The translations under genes and the position numbers were made by a program. Under the pieces are notes generated by a model. The model did not search any database, was not told where the DNA came from, and saw only the letters and a list, made by a program, of their open reading frames with translations. A stretch of DNA of 64,000 bases, taken from the NCBI GenBank assembly GCA_009784185.1, contig WRCD01000002.1:132935-196934 (forward strand), in the 5' to 3' direction. The DNA is from Bacillota bacterium. Its GTDB lineage: Bacteria > Bacillota > Clostridia > Christensenellales > UBA1242. Below are positions 22,501 to 27,181 of this stretch, in pieces (positions within the stretch are counted from its first letter, which is position 1; every line of letters begins with the position of its first letter).

Positions 22501-23385
22501 TTGTGGTTTCCAGCAGGTTATTGCTATGAAACATACAATATCGGCGGATTGGTTGGGCTTTTAGAGGGTAATCTGAGCGAAAGTTATGTAAGCGGTGACG
22601 GTGTTAATGTGTCTGGCGGCTATAATGTTGGCGGTTTGGTTGGCATGGTAACCGGTGCGCGTGACCAGACCGGCACTGAGTTTGTAAACGGCAGAATCAC
22701 CTATTGCTATAGTTTACTGGGCAATACGGACAGTGTAAGTTATGGCTGCGGAGAAGATATGACAGCCAGAAACGCAGGCGCTTTTGTGGGGTATCTTGGA
22801 AGCAACTCATATATGGCCGAAGTGTTTGGTAATGCCAATATAGTTACAAGGCTCTCAAACTTTGACACTTTGCCGGGCTTTACCGAGTCTACCGGCACCT
22901 TAGACACGACAGGTACAAGAGGCTATGGTGATATAGCAACGGGATTGAACGGCGCGGTAATTGAGGGCGGCTCGCCAAGCAGCAATTATACAGCATCAGG
23001 CGCTACCGTTATAACGGTGGTACCGACAGCGGTGCCGAATGGCTTTAGCAAAACAGTGTTTAAGTGGGGTACTGGCACATTTGATATTGATGCTAATGTA
23101 TACATGGACTCAGGCGGAAATGCTGTGGCGCCTACGCCATATGTAAACTCAACAAGCTACTACTATCTTGATAGTGCAGACCATGACATTGCATCAAATG
23201 GTAGCGATGATGGGCACAGATACATTCTTGTTTCCGGCAAATATGTGCGTCTGGCGGCGGGTGAAGAGACGGAGCAAACAATATATTACCGTTCGCTTGC
23301 AGACTATCGGTCGGCATCATATGTCACAGAGAGTGCATATTGGAAACTGGCTGCAGGCAAGGTAGTTTTGGCCTGGCAATCATAA
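7549..23385 (+). CDS. Giant lipoprotein (5278 aa): Ig-like tracts plus at least 7 GLUG-type solenoid modules
   Basis: TTG start preceded by an AAAGGGGA SD. N-terminus MKKFALYICLCILSSVLVLAGC is a signal peptide plus lipobox L-A-G-C. Big_2-like Ig segments are present (e.g. RVSSSNSNIVAVHQSV...GTVVIEVVS). Seven head motifs lie near nt 10423, 14549, 15961, 17965, 19483, 20578 and 21254. G-G-x-x-G turns run throughout. Stop is TAA 23383-23385. Confidence 0.85.
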   Translation: MKKFALYICLCILSSVLVLAGCGNPLDGLSVSAQSEKILITGGVKTIALEINADNENLKSATITADITGGARHLSRLANFTSTQPDKVAVTDTTIIDGKSVATITAIKPTVAEDSVFIRVTSRDSSQILDIVRVTVKKDIDNFFLKSAGAVGVPVGEPTVVMPASYFGFSPIDTSETGLLYTIDGPGASYSNHPSSQPITFSSPGVHTAFATSAAKPDMKIVLFTIRAYTKLTTSNVSLSRLDQHQPVITELTLTKNSGVQGANYAILQINGPAGEVLDISVTDSAGALGKSLWHTINQANQTIELYGTGIVSTTLNISVCVAGVINPQFLPLSLPVKVIDLPESIVFNSPHDSQPEITVYTVANYQSSGTFGQLLIPVLTPTNADDTRFGIRVISGDTSSFVVRAGNNAETPVNLDIVRPFDSNTKLWLAHTDPKTGEIELEIYAFARENNPYSSSLTRRITVLLKHGVQTIDVTSGLNSAGNTIALQLGAGPDRQIDFTPVPINADTRDIRVSINDPSIADIVDKEITYIESYINTGPLAGELYEAGRFFIVPKKAGKTFITFWASTGLSKRIEIEVVAVPEANGIKIWPADGQGSVVADTIPKTLAEGTLQEIHVSSSRNIQLQNLFTPFDSSVTGFTFTNAETAVASISNSSPATTWIFSRSSGRVVVTPTVYFKIVDENFDIVSDSRILPDITIVVYMPVSGIETSARQVQLYMDTGGRSPYTTELSVAELAVSVFPSVATTKASSAVWHFSGSQNYVRLVGASGGVVVGDKVKIEIVPNASLSGTYTATLVVTISDYNRVFAQEISVILRHSTPVSYVMVDNYHMNDGIYFEERQGLYPVNQTHNFTIIPTIVPSSATNQQIFYLVYDKVNDVWERKTGATSSYIRLVENQNGRMVIYPISAGESQVYVVAADRLLKRVEDVTATSLTNDILTNTDAHSWVRLNITVSNGSKENPYRINTVQDFKDINKAMDKHYELRKSIDMSGEANWTPIGTNTQPFTGTIRGFGNLQRVTGIRMQNIFSAAGGTQDEYLSRYGIFRYLGNSLNYATITNIEFVIEHIDVNVGSSGLSEIYIGGLAGEMRANLNNVSVIIKKVTLNTTNGGSTYVGSLYFGGIAGLNQTKVSGANTGVINTDVAILSTEINTGTTPAFIGGIAGINTGDIGNPGMTAAFNTVIGGITVSGNKASVGGIAGINGIVGNNDSSVRISGALTDGRLQNTNAGTGSHAGGIAGQNLGSISYSDASMRVSGFYNVGGIAGMQFHGRMEYCSFKAYDDNKRGADGFYLSASGNVGGLVGFMSVGVIKYSYAISYFVSQIDFIPTGFWGDIFLTGNTEVNAGGLVGITLENNTENHIFNSFSSLNVGVVSGLSEMNIGGLVGLSDEDQWLYIYDSYADCVFKLPAVQPLLNVGAIIGKAVGFVPTLSNIYAAIDGVTDPVGDGSFVNGTNSNVYIKAPVTDDIYAPLYYLLSDEDMRKKSSFVWFDFNSLRPVWIPPTAETYPQLLTEGGNALKEPVIEQFIVDVKDLKPLNDSGELNNAIAVPHPAKARVVLVYVKDASFSLADLINCKTIPEEAKANVRVSSSNSNIVAVHQSVSLDNVRLNVLATGTVVIEVVSRVNLSVKFELEICVIEGYSKFQLWGSVDMNPAGDTIQKDNYLNIKYGSQHTLVAQFTNSSTRVGAGVRVAVEDGDESYFEVMGASGPLSWTKEDDKQVVYLPASSPLIFNTLKAETEGIEVSVTPCVVGWFDKLGALEPTYVLISEQTVEFTLRICQGATSLAVTPDSAVIEPKDSQTVSLLAKTDKKDDKFTLEIWDGSVKLEEKDGVYGGILGVNWFDKQFFCGSEELRANIQLSLIDKKITKQVTYIIIVSIESWNGESIKRMFELTFIPQSVDRLDMVHFADAVTDANGVVANEIPGAGYIPSNTIVAGDFGLLRIDIAPYFADVDYVEITSSQAAGDVISFDQRIMYIEKDQFRYRMYQEGVSIIPNGIKITNLWSKDGLDDKDNPILVFDGSIYIRTVIRSATSLASSFTVTVRVVGHDHERTEQLVLAVDAMPQLTVTYPGYNRFGSAYIADGTSIGNNLTVSFDARGGAVSLVPGSPSIEGAKSGSGIEMTRDPNNSRIYVIYVQEGNIGSKFVVETTIERIVNGQRRYHTVEIPFTVVDIVIDSLGVKGVSGGVYSAAYAGGKSYPMEVSFAASSLRYNLDTDTNIDVLNSIEQLFVRINGGRLSGGTQLNYWGFRTGQNSNGDFTYGLPQHGGLTHVSKISGADDIGIYNYSPNGISNSENVRLSVIYDYNEEGELTLRDDSFAGVRLEAMTYFNFNFYQHTSPDSPIPVYNVNELRAMLPYQDYILLNDIKLPNEWRPLDIAINSLDGNGFNILFETEVGVFNRTDSNANNEQNLGLFSVVYENTLLKNITMWLEGTDIRQNAVALTTVNFGVIAGTNRGTITNCAVISDGLLKGDDISGITLEAANRANDTHNIGGLVGVNLGTITHSRVQGINITAYGNVAGLVAQNYSYISACYYAYGEIKNTASSNQTGNVGTSGLVGVNHNMAKIIQSYAGSREPTNEAKHASFIASSVRAAGFVYENFGTIEDCYSNMEIESDSRSSGFAFINRENGVINRSFSISKLLESLSAHTPFIGTEADVLNPSNNFNPTGVNDCFYLLGNFTVAGKNIDPAREISSYEFTQPDVFSGYGLSRNLAGAWHEFSGVWVIPNSTNSYFRIGSSVGAGTSSYIQLVAPNMIANPSRELRLEYSYIDPSTGQMVYQYSSNYGQRFEVTGTGTDNTRAKNDPFGRRVIVDYDPWLIYNAAGLNIAAEKDQSANDGIMKGAYRLIRDIDLNDLYRPADGSAATVLETTKYEFWGDFNGNGLSINNLEITIRVGVDTNSTGLFKSVYTPPRYNDISRLNRVDAPVANVSNLNITVSEILAGNTTYVGALAGRVENSNLINISVSGNNIVVGQNIVGGVAGLVTGMSRAININSNLSVSAVFSQQDGVTGASLYADDLYNFFEISTDVKWQKGEWQKGEWDGEEWIEWEEDKWKWIEWEEAKWVSERVHASDERHAHNRLNYVGGVFGIVDLAKHSGDDKENLKDAKSSLVSHITGFGSSKVIGENAGGLFGLIGAETYAANLYKIAGDGGYIKSLQFAGGIAAENRGIISFASVTYENDAFTLTQNEVDNAEWGVMAAEGIARNYFQGTPFAVGGLVGYSYGLKSGTKISGMIEKSYSRVHVYNTGANVAGGIVGVMTGGDLKSVYTTGSVRAGPVDPSVGGLVGAIYDFIDLVVKKIIVNPYEQILKDDYEYFKDGDPTPVNEETFKTLSIINFAVAMNNWSYLDFNYYKTMADGFSPKIGGLVGDISDEKLLLSAHNDASATNFFVSEIYALPTVGGVLPALTAGQTIELKAIGTAGVADILKAAKEMTPAEFMAMQGTSSTALTAKQKVFGGWDRLTYNITGPEKFPVIDLRAATSEIEVRDETDLRQIYWHMDKTYRLTRDIELKGGWTPLGDVYYPFTGTLESMPPSTAGGTGTAYTISGMTIDKSFSFYNGLFGATKNAKISNIQLKNVKISANFNKNENTYVGALVGKAKNTKFSNILIDAKITTNAAFAGGLVGHAQKGALNANGTEKLYYINNIIVGADIELISSEPDGNVRMDTTPASAGVLAGYLELYNVKGVYASGKIDATGFVCGVKLGGLVGETSGSEFKYTHTDVNIIDDEFGLLQNEIPSAGIGGFAGEIISSHITNSYAGGSISINIVKQMTNSSEFRVGGFAGFVSSGTFIGDSMAAGNITLDSGLATGLDGGTYTQVGGFVGEFKSDSKLYGTEDFNIMYSISIVSIRNFSLFGVKESAAGKVDAFTSSPLSKVSIDYASVYYDTYMALIGTSCHNELAKETRFFVEDRLSGEFLNSSGNFGQNGMQWRKANSNTKQDSEGVKTAYYVPEVKAETTVFMFEITPNVEFSQIFTNKVNANLGATTSGHGTKVNPIGISPAESGTTFAGMIGKADKQYYIQTTNADETAIPVDMLQSANISFGGFFNGNGYTLAAKPYASIWAGSGLQSAGKLGVFDSIGGFADENNITLTQKANAAFVTGVTVTGIDIDFRSTRETLNVGGLANRIGRYSIVASTSVEGNINVLSDYKVAAAAADSAINAGGFAAENHGQIINSASRVSITVGGNSAANIGGFAGVTKGGSFASYNGTYHFGSITDNTTEVLPVNKSNAGGFTGNEVDFAARAYNSYAVSDISKKAGATGSLGSFGGAAGSVTLLSGSNVSYDSRLGSGQTDAAGITPDVQRKNISEDSGGVRISWFKADNSINEGWPYIPDVDTINTSTGIEPRAAVATGNGDPDKPYLIRSSGQFEWMVNNSGTGKHFSLETDVNVAGYGLTSPNFSGTLLGNGHTVSGLTQALFTNITGKVHQLGIISESNTSHYALASETLTAGSSVTECMVESGPAAKGFVRTNDGMIEDCYIVSDAITLILNGSGQTKRVRKASELESITTYESLIVKTEGKELLPVFGTIWGMMPDSTANGLESAIKVLAPRLLAFEKKASDIDVSDTFLQGTYITSLVVEIATKKEFVKYANYINKHGASVLDAVINNDINFAGHLFAPINQDSKNGDRIILNGNGKTLLNLAVLGNEEMGGLFGATAGGQTGISSIKNLNLVNSVSYGKNAVGLLVGNMRGDIDSVIDIVEAKNSVVYASGDKIGGIAGNVEQGGKITSPTLVNCYVDGGSSVGGVAGILSGLNTISKPIVQNAKINYISTQKGTDIPDTLKEVGGIVGASKLTTNTISHTTGSYAIVADAATVVYGYSSVGGVAGVNGGDIKWLRSDAAVNAVYISGKNGHDVIKGYNSNIGGIVGVNSTLSNITEVEFKGTVNKPLTNPLFPPFDITTANNVGGIAGDNAGSISWSKTTGAEVHGISNVGGIAGLNSGIGNINNCTNNANVYGARNVGGIAGKVVATAPGQLGTPSVSKSANLFGKVEGRHLLWFPAGYCYETYNIGGLVGLLEGNLSESYVSGDGVNVSGGYNVGGLVGMVTGARDQTGTEFVNGRITYCYSLLGNTDSVSYGCGEDMTARNAGAFVGYLGSNSYMAEVFGNANIVTRLSNFDTLPGFTESTGTLDTTGTRGYGDIATGLNGAVIEGGSPSSNYTASGATVITVVPTAVPNGFSKTVFKWGTGTFDIDANVYMDSGGNAVAPTPYVNSTSYYYLDSADHDIASNGSDDGHRYILVSGKYVRLAAGEETEQTIYYRSLADYRSASYVTESAYWKLAAGKVVLAWQS
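16611..16714 (+). repeat. Intragenic tandem repeats encoding a Trp/Glu-rich insert
   Basis: GTGGCAAAAAGGCGA occurs twice (16611-16640). A 30-nt unit AATGGATAGAATGGGAAGAGG.CAAGTGG. occurs twice (16655-16714, 28/30 identical). Together they encode KWQKGEWQKGEWDGEEWIEWEEDKWKWIEWEEAKW. Confidence 0.9.
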
Positions 23386-23394
23386 AAACCATTA

Positions 23395-23427
23395 AAGAGC
23401 GGCATATTAACATATGCGCTCTTTTGC
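23395..23427 (+). terminator. Rho-independent terminator of the 5278-aa gene
   Basis: AAGAGCGGCATAT-TAA-CATATGCGCTCTTTT: long hairpin plus T run, 10 nt after the stop. Confidence 0.7.
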
Positions 23428-23548
23428 ATTTAATACTTAACACTTAATACTTAATAATGACGGATTAATTGTGTTTTGTAGACTTGTGGAGCGTAAGCGG
23501 CCTGCAATTTATAATTTATATTTGATAATTAATAATTGAAAATTAGTA

Positions 23549-23577
23549 TTGACTTTTCCCTTATTTAGATTTATAAT
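23549..23577 (+). promoter_or_regulatory. Sigma-70-type promoter of the 971-aa gene
   Basis: TTGACT (23549-23554), 17-nt spacer, TATAAT (23572-23577). An AT-rich UP-like tract lies upstream. Confidence 0.6.
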
Positions 23578-23611
23578 ACATACAGACAAAATACGTTAGG
23601 GGTTAAAAGAT

Positions 23612-26527
23612 ATGGTTTTAAAGCGGTTTTTGATATTTCTGGTGGTTATTCTGGTAGGCCTTAGTATTGGGCTTACAACTTATTATATGCTTCAGAACGA
23701 AGAGAATTTATCAATCAGAAACACAATTGTTTATGTAAACACATTAGAGTATGTAACGGTTGAAGTAGTCAGCGGTAATTTAAAGGCCGGTACAACGTTT
23801 GAACTGGCTACTGTTTCACCGCTTTTAGAAAAGCAGGCGGACGGCAGATTTTTTACTAAAGCCGGCGGAACAGCGGTTATTACATTAAAAAGCAGCAACA
23901 ACAAGTTTAACGGACAAACCTGTACGGTTATAATCGGTGACGGCAGCGAGGACTATCCGTTTGTTATACGCTATTACGGCGATATGACGGACATAGGCAG
24001 TGCAGCCCGCGGACTGGACAAAAACTATATTATGCTAAACGATATTAATCTGGCCGATCAAAACCCGAATCAGTTTGTGCCGGTTGGAAACGGAGACCCT
24101 ATCGGATTCTCCGGCGTGTTTGACGGCAATGGTTTTAAATTCCACAACCTTAAAATTACAGAACCTACGGGAGCAGCCGGCGAAACCGGTTTCCCTGAGA
24201 CTCCTGTTGTTATAACAAATGCGGGGCTGTTTGCTAAAATTGCAAAGGGCGGCGTTGTTAAAAACTTTGATATTAACAATGTAACTGTTTCCGGAGGTTA
24301 TCAAACAGCCGGTTCTATTGCGGGAATAAACCAGGGTACGGTTGAAATGGTTCGTGTTACGGGCGGCGTAAACGGCAAGGTGGAATCAACCTTTGCATCG
24401 TCTAGTGTAGGCGGAGCGGTTGGAGCATTAGAGTCAGTCAGCGAGGTTGCAAGAATCAGCCGTGTCAGCACTAACCTTACCGTAACAGGAAAGGAAAATG
24501 TTGGTGCAATTGCCGGTGAAAACCGCGGCAGCCTGATTGTAAACTGTTATGCAACAGGCGCTGTTAACGGCATAAGCACAAGTGCCGTTACCGGCGGAAT
24601 TGTTGGGCTTAACGTGTATGTAATAGCTCCCAACAGTGATACCTTTAAAGCTAATGTAATAAACTGTTATACCGCATTAAGCATTGACGGGCAAGGCGCT
24701 TTCAGCGGCGCAATTATTGGCCGTAATACAGACATTGGCACCGAAGAAGAAAATGTAAACCGTATTTACGGAAACTATTACCTGCTGGCAAACAATCCGG
24801 CGCTTAACGGTGTTGGCGGCGTGCCGGATGCGGGCAGCGGCTTTGTAGGCACGGTTGCCAGCTTGCTCTCAGAACTTCAGTCTAAAGAGCACTTCAAAAC
24901 TTATACCGCAGCTCATGGAAATTTACCGGTAGCATGGAACTTTGTTGACGTCTGGAGCATAAACGCACAGGTTAACAATGGTATGCCAACCCTGGTTTTC
25001 AGCAAATCCAGAGTGCCTGACGGCGTTTGGGACCCGGATGAAGATTTTTACAGCACTATTAATGATGCGGCCGGCTTTAACAACATCCGTGACAGGTTGG
25101 ACGGCAACTTTACAATAGCTAATCATATTGACCTAAGCGGCTTTGAATCATGGGAGCCTATCGGTACCAGAGATGCTCCGTTTACCGGAAACATTATTGT
25201 TGAAAAACAAGGCAACGGTAAGTATTGGGAAATCCAAAACCTTAAAATAGGCTGGTGCTGGCTTGACACAGGATTGTTTGGAGTTATCAGTGAAACAGCA
25301 ACACTTACGGGCATTACTTTGGTTGGAGTAAACATTACAAACGACCTTGGCATTAAGCATAGTGCGGGAGTAAGCGGCGTAAACATTGGCGCAGTTGTTG
25401 GACTGTCTCGCGGCACCCTGGTAGATTGCTCCGCAATTGGTGCAGCAGGAGTAAACAACGGACGCATTAACATAAACACTAACGCTACCGACAACCACGA
25501 TGTTAACCTTGGCGCTATTGTTGGAAGACTTGACACAGGCGGCACCGTAACCACATCCGGCGCAGGCGATATAACTACCAACAACAGTAACCTAGCATTG
25601 TCCGGCGGCTCGGCTGCAGGCAAGCTGTGGAACGTTGGCGGAATTGCAGGACTTAACAACGGAGATGTTAGATTTGCAGGCTTCAGCGGCAGCATAAACA
25701 TATCCGGCACCGCTAATGTAAACGGCGGCGGAGTAGTGGGCGAAAACTACGGCAGAGTTGTTTCAAGCAAGGGTATGGGCAGCATAGTTCAGCTTAACAT
25801 CAGCAGCGAGACTTTTGCGGGCGGACTTGTTGGTAAAAACCAGGCAAATGCAAGAATACTGTACAGTCAGGCAGCGGGCGGTATTTCCGGCAAAACTGCG
25901 GGCGGACTGATAGGCTACAACGAAGGGCCTAACGGAAGCAGCAGCATGGAAGAATGCGGAATTGCAAGCGGAACCGTAAACGGTGACCTTGTTGGCGGAC
26001 TTGTAGGATACCATTACCGCGGCATAATTACAAACTGCTTTACACTTGTTACGCTTAGCGGCAAGGTGATGGGCGGATTTGGCGGTATTGTTGCCGGTAC
26101 AAGCGACAATATGGGCAACAACATAAGTACCGCAAACATAACGTATTGTTATGCGGGAGTCAGGTTTAACGCTCCGGGAGGCGCCGGAACGGCATATTAC
26201 GAAACATCAAGTGAAATCCGTAAAAGCTGGACGCATGCAGTAATGGTGTTGGATATGAAATCAGGCGACGGTGATATCCGTGGTAAGATTGGCGGATTTG
26301 TGCTTAACAGTATTATCAACCAGGAACGTGCGGGCAGTGCAATACGGCAGAATACTTCATACCATCTGTTTGGAATTCAGCTTGATACTCCAAACGACGG
26401 GCTGAGAAACGATGCGCAATGTAAGCAGTTTGCCACATTTGCCGACCGAGGATTCAGCTTTGCCGGAACATGGACTATGACCGGCGGCACAGACGGTTAT
26501 CCGACCTTGGCAAGAATGATGAAGTAA
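23612..26527 (+). CDS. Membrane-anchored GLUG-motif repeat protein (971 aa)
   Basis: AGGGGT SD then ATG. N-terminal TM/signal anchor RFLIFLVVILVGLSIGLTTYYML. Two head motifs (..FVPVGNGDPIGFSGVFDGNGFKFHNLKI; ..WEPIGTRDAPFTGNI..). Many GG[LIA][VA]G turns. Tails VWSINAQVNNGMPTLVF and GTWTMTGGTDGYPTLARMMK. Confidence 0.8.
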   Translation: MVLKRFLIFLVVILVGLSIGLTTYYMLQNEENLSIRNTIVYVNTLEYVTVEVVSGNLKAGTTFELATVSPLLEKQADGRFFTKAGGTAVITLKSSNNKFNGQTCTVIIGDGSEDYPFVIRYYGDMTDIGSAARGLDKNYIMLNDINLADQNPNQFVPVGNGDPIGFSGVFDGNGFKFHNLKITEPTGAAGETGFPETPVVITNAGLFAKIAKGGVVKNFDINNVTVSGGYQTAGSIAGINQGTVEMVRVTGGVNGKVESTFASSSVGGAVGALESVSEVARISRVSTNLTVTGKENVGAIAGENRGSLIVNCYATGAVNGISTSAVTGGIVGLNVYVIAPNSDTFKANVINCYTALSIDGQGAFSGAIIGRNTDIGTEEENVNRIYGNYYLLANNPALNGVGGVPDAGSGFVGTVASLLSELQSKEHFKTYTAAHGNLPVAWNFVDVWSINAQVNNGMPTLVFSKSRVPDGVWDPDEDFYSTINDAAGFNNIRDRLDGNFTIANHIDLSGFESWEPIGTRDAPFTGNIIVEKQGNGKYWEIQNLKIGWCWLDTGLFGVISETATLTGITLVGVNITNDLGIKHSAGVSGVNIGAVVGLSRGTLVDCSAIGAAGVNNGRININTNATDNHDVNLGAIVGRLDTGGTVTTSGAGDITTNNSNLALSGGSAAGKLWNVGGIAGLNNGDVRFAGFSGSINISGTANVNGGGVVGENYGRVVSSKGMGSIVQLNISSETFAGGLVGKNQANARILYSQAAGGISGKTAGGLIGYNEGPNGSSSMEECGIASGTVNGDLVGGLVGYHYRGIITNCFTLVTLSGKVMGGFGGIVAGTSDNMGNNISTANITYCYAGVRFNAPGGAGTAYYETSSEIRKSWTHAVMVLDMKSGDGDIRGKIGGFVLNSIINQERAGSAIRQNTSYHLFGIQLDTPNDGLRNDAQCKQFATFADRGFSFAGTWTMTGGTDGYPTLARMMK

Positions 26528-26557
26528 AAAATCACCCTTCGGGGTGATTTTTGTTTT
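26528..26557 (+). terminator. Rho-independent terminator
   Basis: AAAAATCACCC-TTCG-GGGTGATTTTTGTTTT, immediately after the stop. Confidence 0.8.
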
Positions 26558-26569
26558 AAAAGATTCCCC

Positions 26570-26598
26570 GAATACTTTTGTCCTTTGGTGTAAAACTA
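26570..26598 (+). promoter_or_regulatory. Possible forespore (sigma-G/F-like) promoter of spoVT
   Basis: GAATA (26570-26574), 18 nt, then AAAACTA. This only partly fits the recalled consensus GHATR-17/18-CATnnTA. B. subtilis spoVT is sigma-G dependent. Weak match, inference only. Confidence 0.25.
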
Positions 26599-26629
26599 TA
26601 TGCAGATTAACAAAAGGGGAATAAGCGGG

Positions 26630-27181
26630 ATGAAGGCTACCGGAGTAATACGCCGTGTTGACGAACTGGGCAGAATAGTGGTGCCCAAGGAAATAAGAAA
26701 AAATTTGAGAATACGCACGGGTACTCCGCTTGAGATTTTTGTTGACAGTAATGGCTCAATGGTTTTTAAAAAGCACTCCGCAATAGCCGAAATTGAAGAT
26801 TTTGGATTACAGATAACCGAAGCAATACACCTGGCCACCGAACTTAATGCTATGGTAGCGGATATGGACAAAATTGTGGCAAGCTCCGGTGATAAAAAAC
26901 GTGATTACATGGGGTTTACCATAAGTAATGCTTTAGAAGAAGCCATTTCAAACCGGAAAACTGTTTTGCTGAACAAAGCCGACGGAGCAAAACTGATAGC
27001 CATTAAGCGTGACGAAAACCCAGCTTATGCAAGCCTTGTCATATGTCCGATTCTGGCAAACGGAGACTGCTTTGGTGCTGTTGTTGTCTGTCAGTTTCAG
27101 GGTAATGCCAAATTTGGTGACGGTGAGATTAAACTGGCACAAACAATGGCTCAGTTTTTATCCAAACACCTGGAAAACTAA
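26630..27181 (+). CDS. spoVT: Stage V sporulation protein T (AbrB-type N-domain plus GAF-like C-domain)
   Basis: MKATGVIRRVDELGRIVVPKEIRKNLRIRTGTPLEIFVD is the canonical SpoVT/AbrB swapped-hairpin N-terminus. 183 aa. AAGGGGAA SD. The ORF-track start at 26600 was rejected in favour of the ATG at 26630. Confidence 0.85.
   Translation: MKATGVIRRVDELGRIVVPKEIRKNLRIRTGTPLEIFVDSNGSMVFKKHSAIAEIEDFGLQITEAIHLATELNAMVADMDKIVASSGDKKRDYMGFTISNALEEAISNRKTVLLNKADGAKLIAIKRDENPAYASLVICPILANGDCFGAVVVCQFQGNAKFGDGEIKLAQTMAQFLSKHLEN

Noticed and set aside
1-26527. Considered whether the giant proteins are Zmp/IgA1-protease-type enzymes (the GLUG motif also occurs there) or sortase/SLH-anchored adhesins.
   Set aside because: By eye I found no HExxH zincin motif, no C-terminal LPXTG plus hydrophobic tail, and no SLH-like repeat. 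This is a manual scan only, so a profile search could still overturn it.
26528-26557. Near-identical sequences AAAAATCACC(C)TTCG(G)GGTGATTTTTGTTTT at 26528 and 57392, with a related one at 41021, looked like a dispersed repeat.
   Set aside because: They are short canonical TTCG-tetraloop intrinsic terminators positioned right after stop codons. The similarity is explained by shared terminator design, not mobility.
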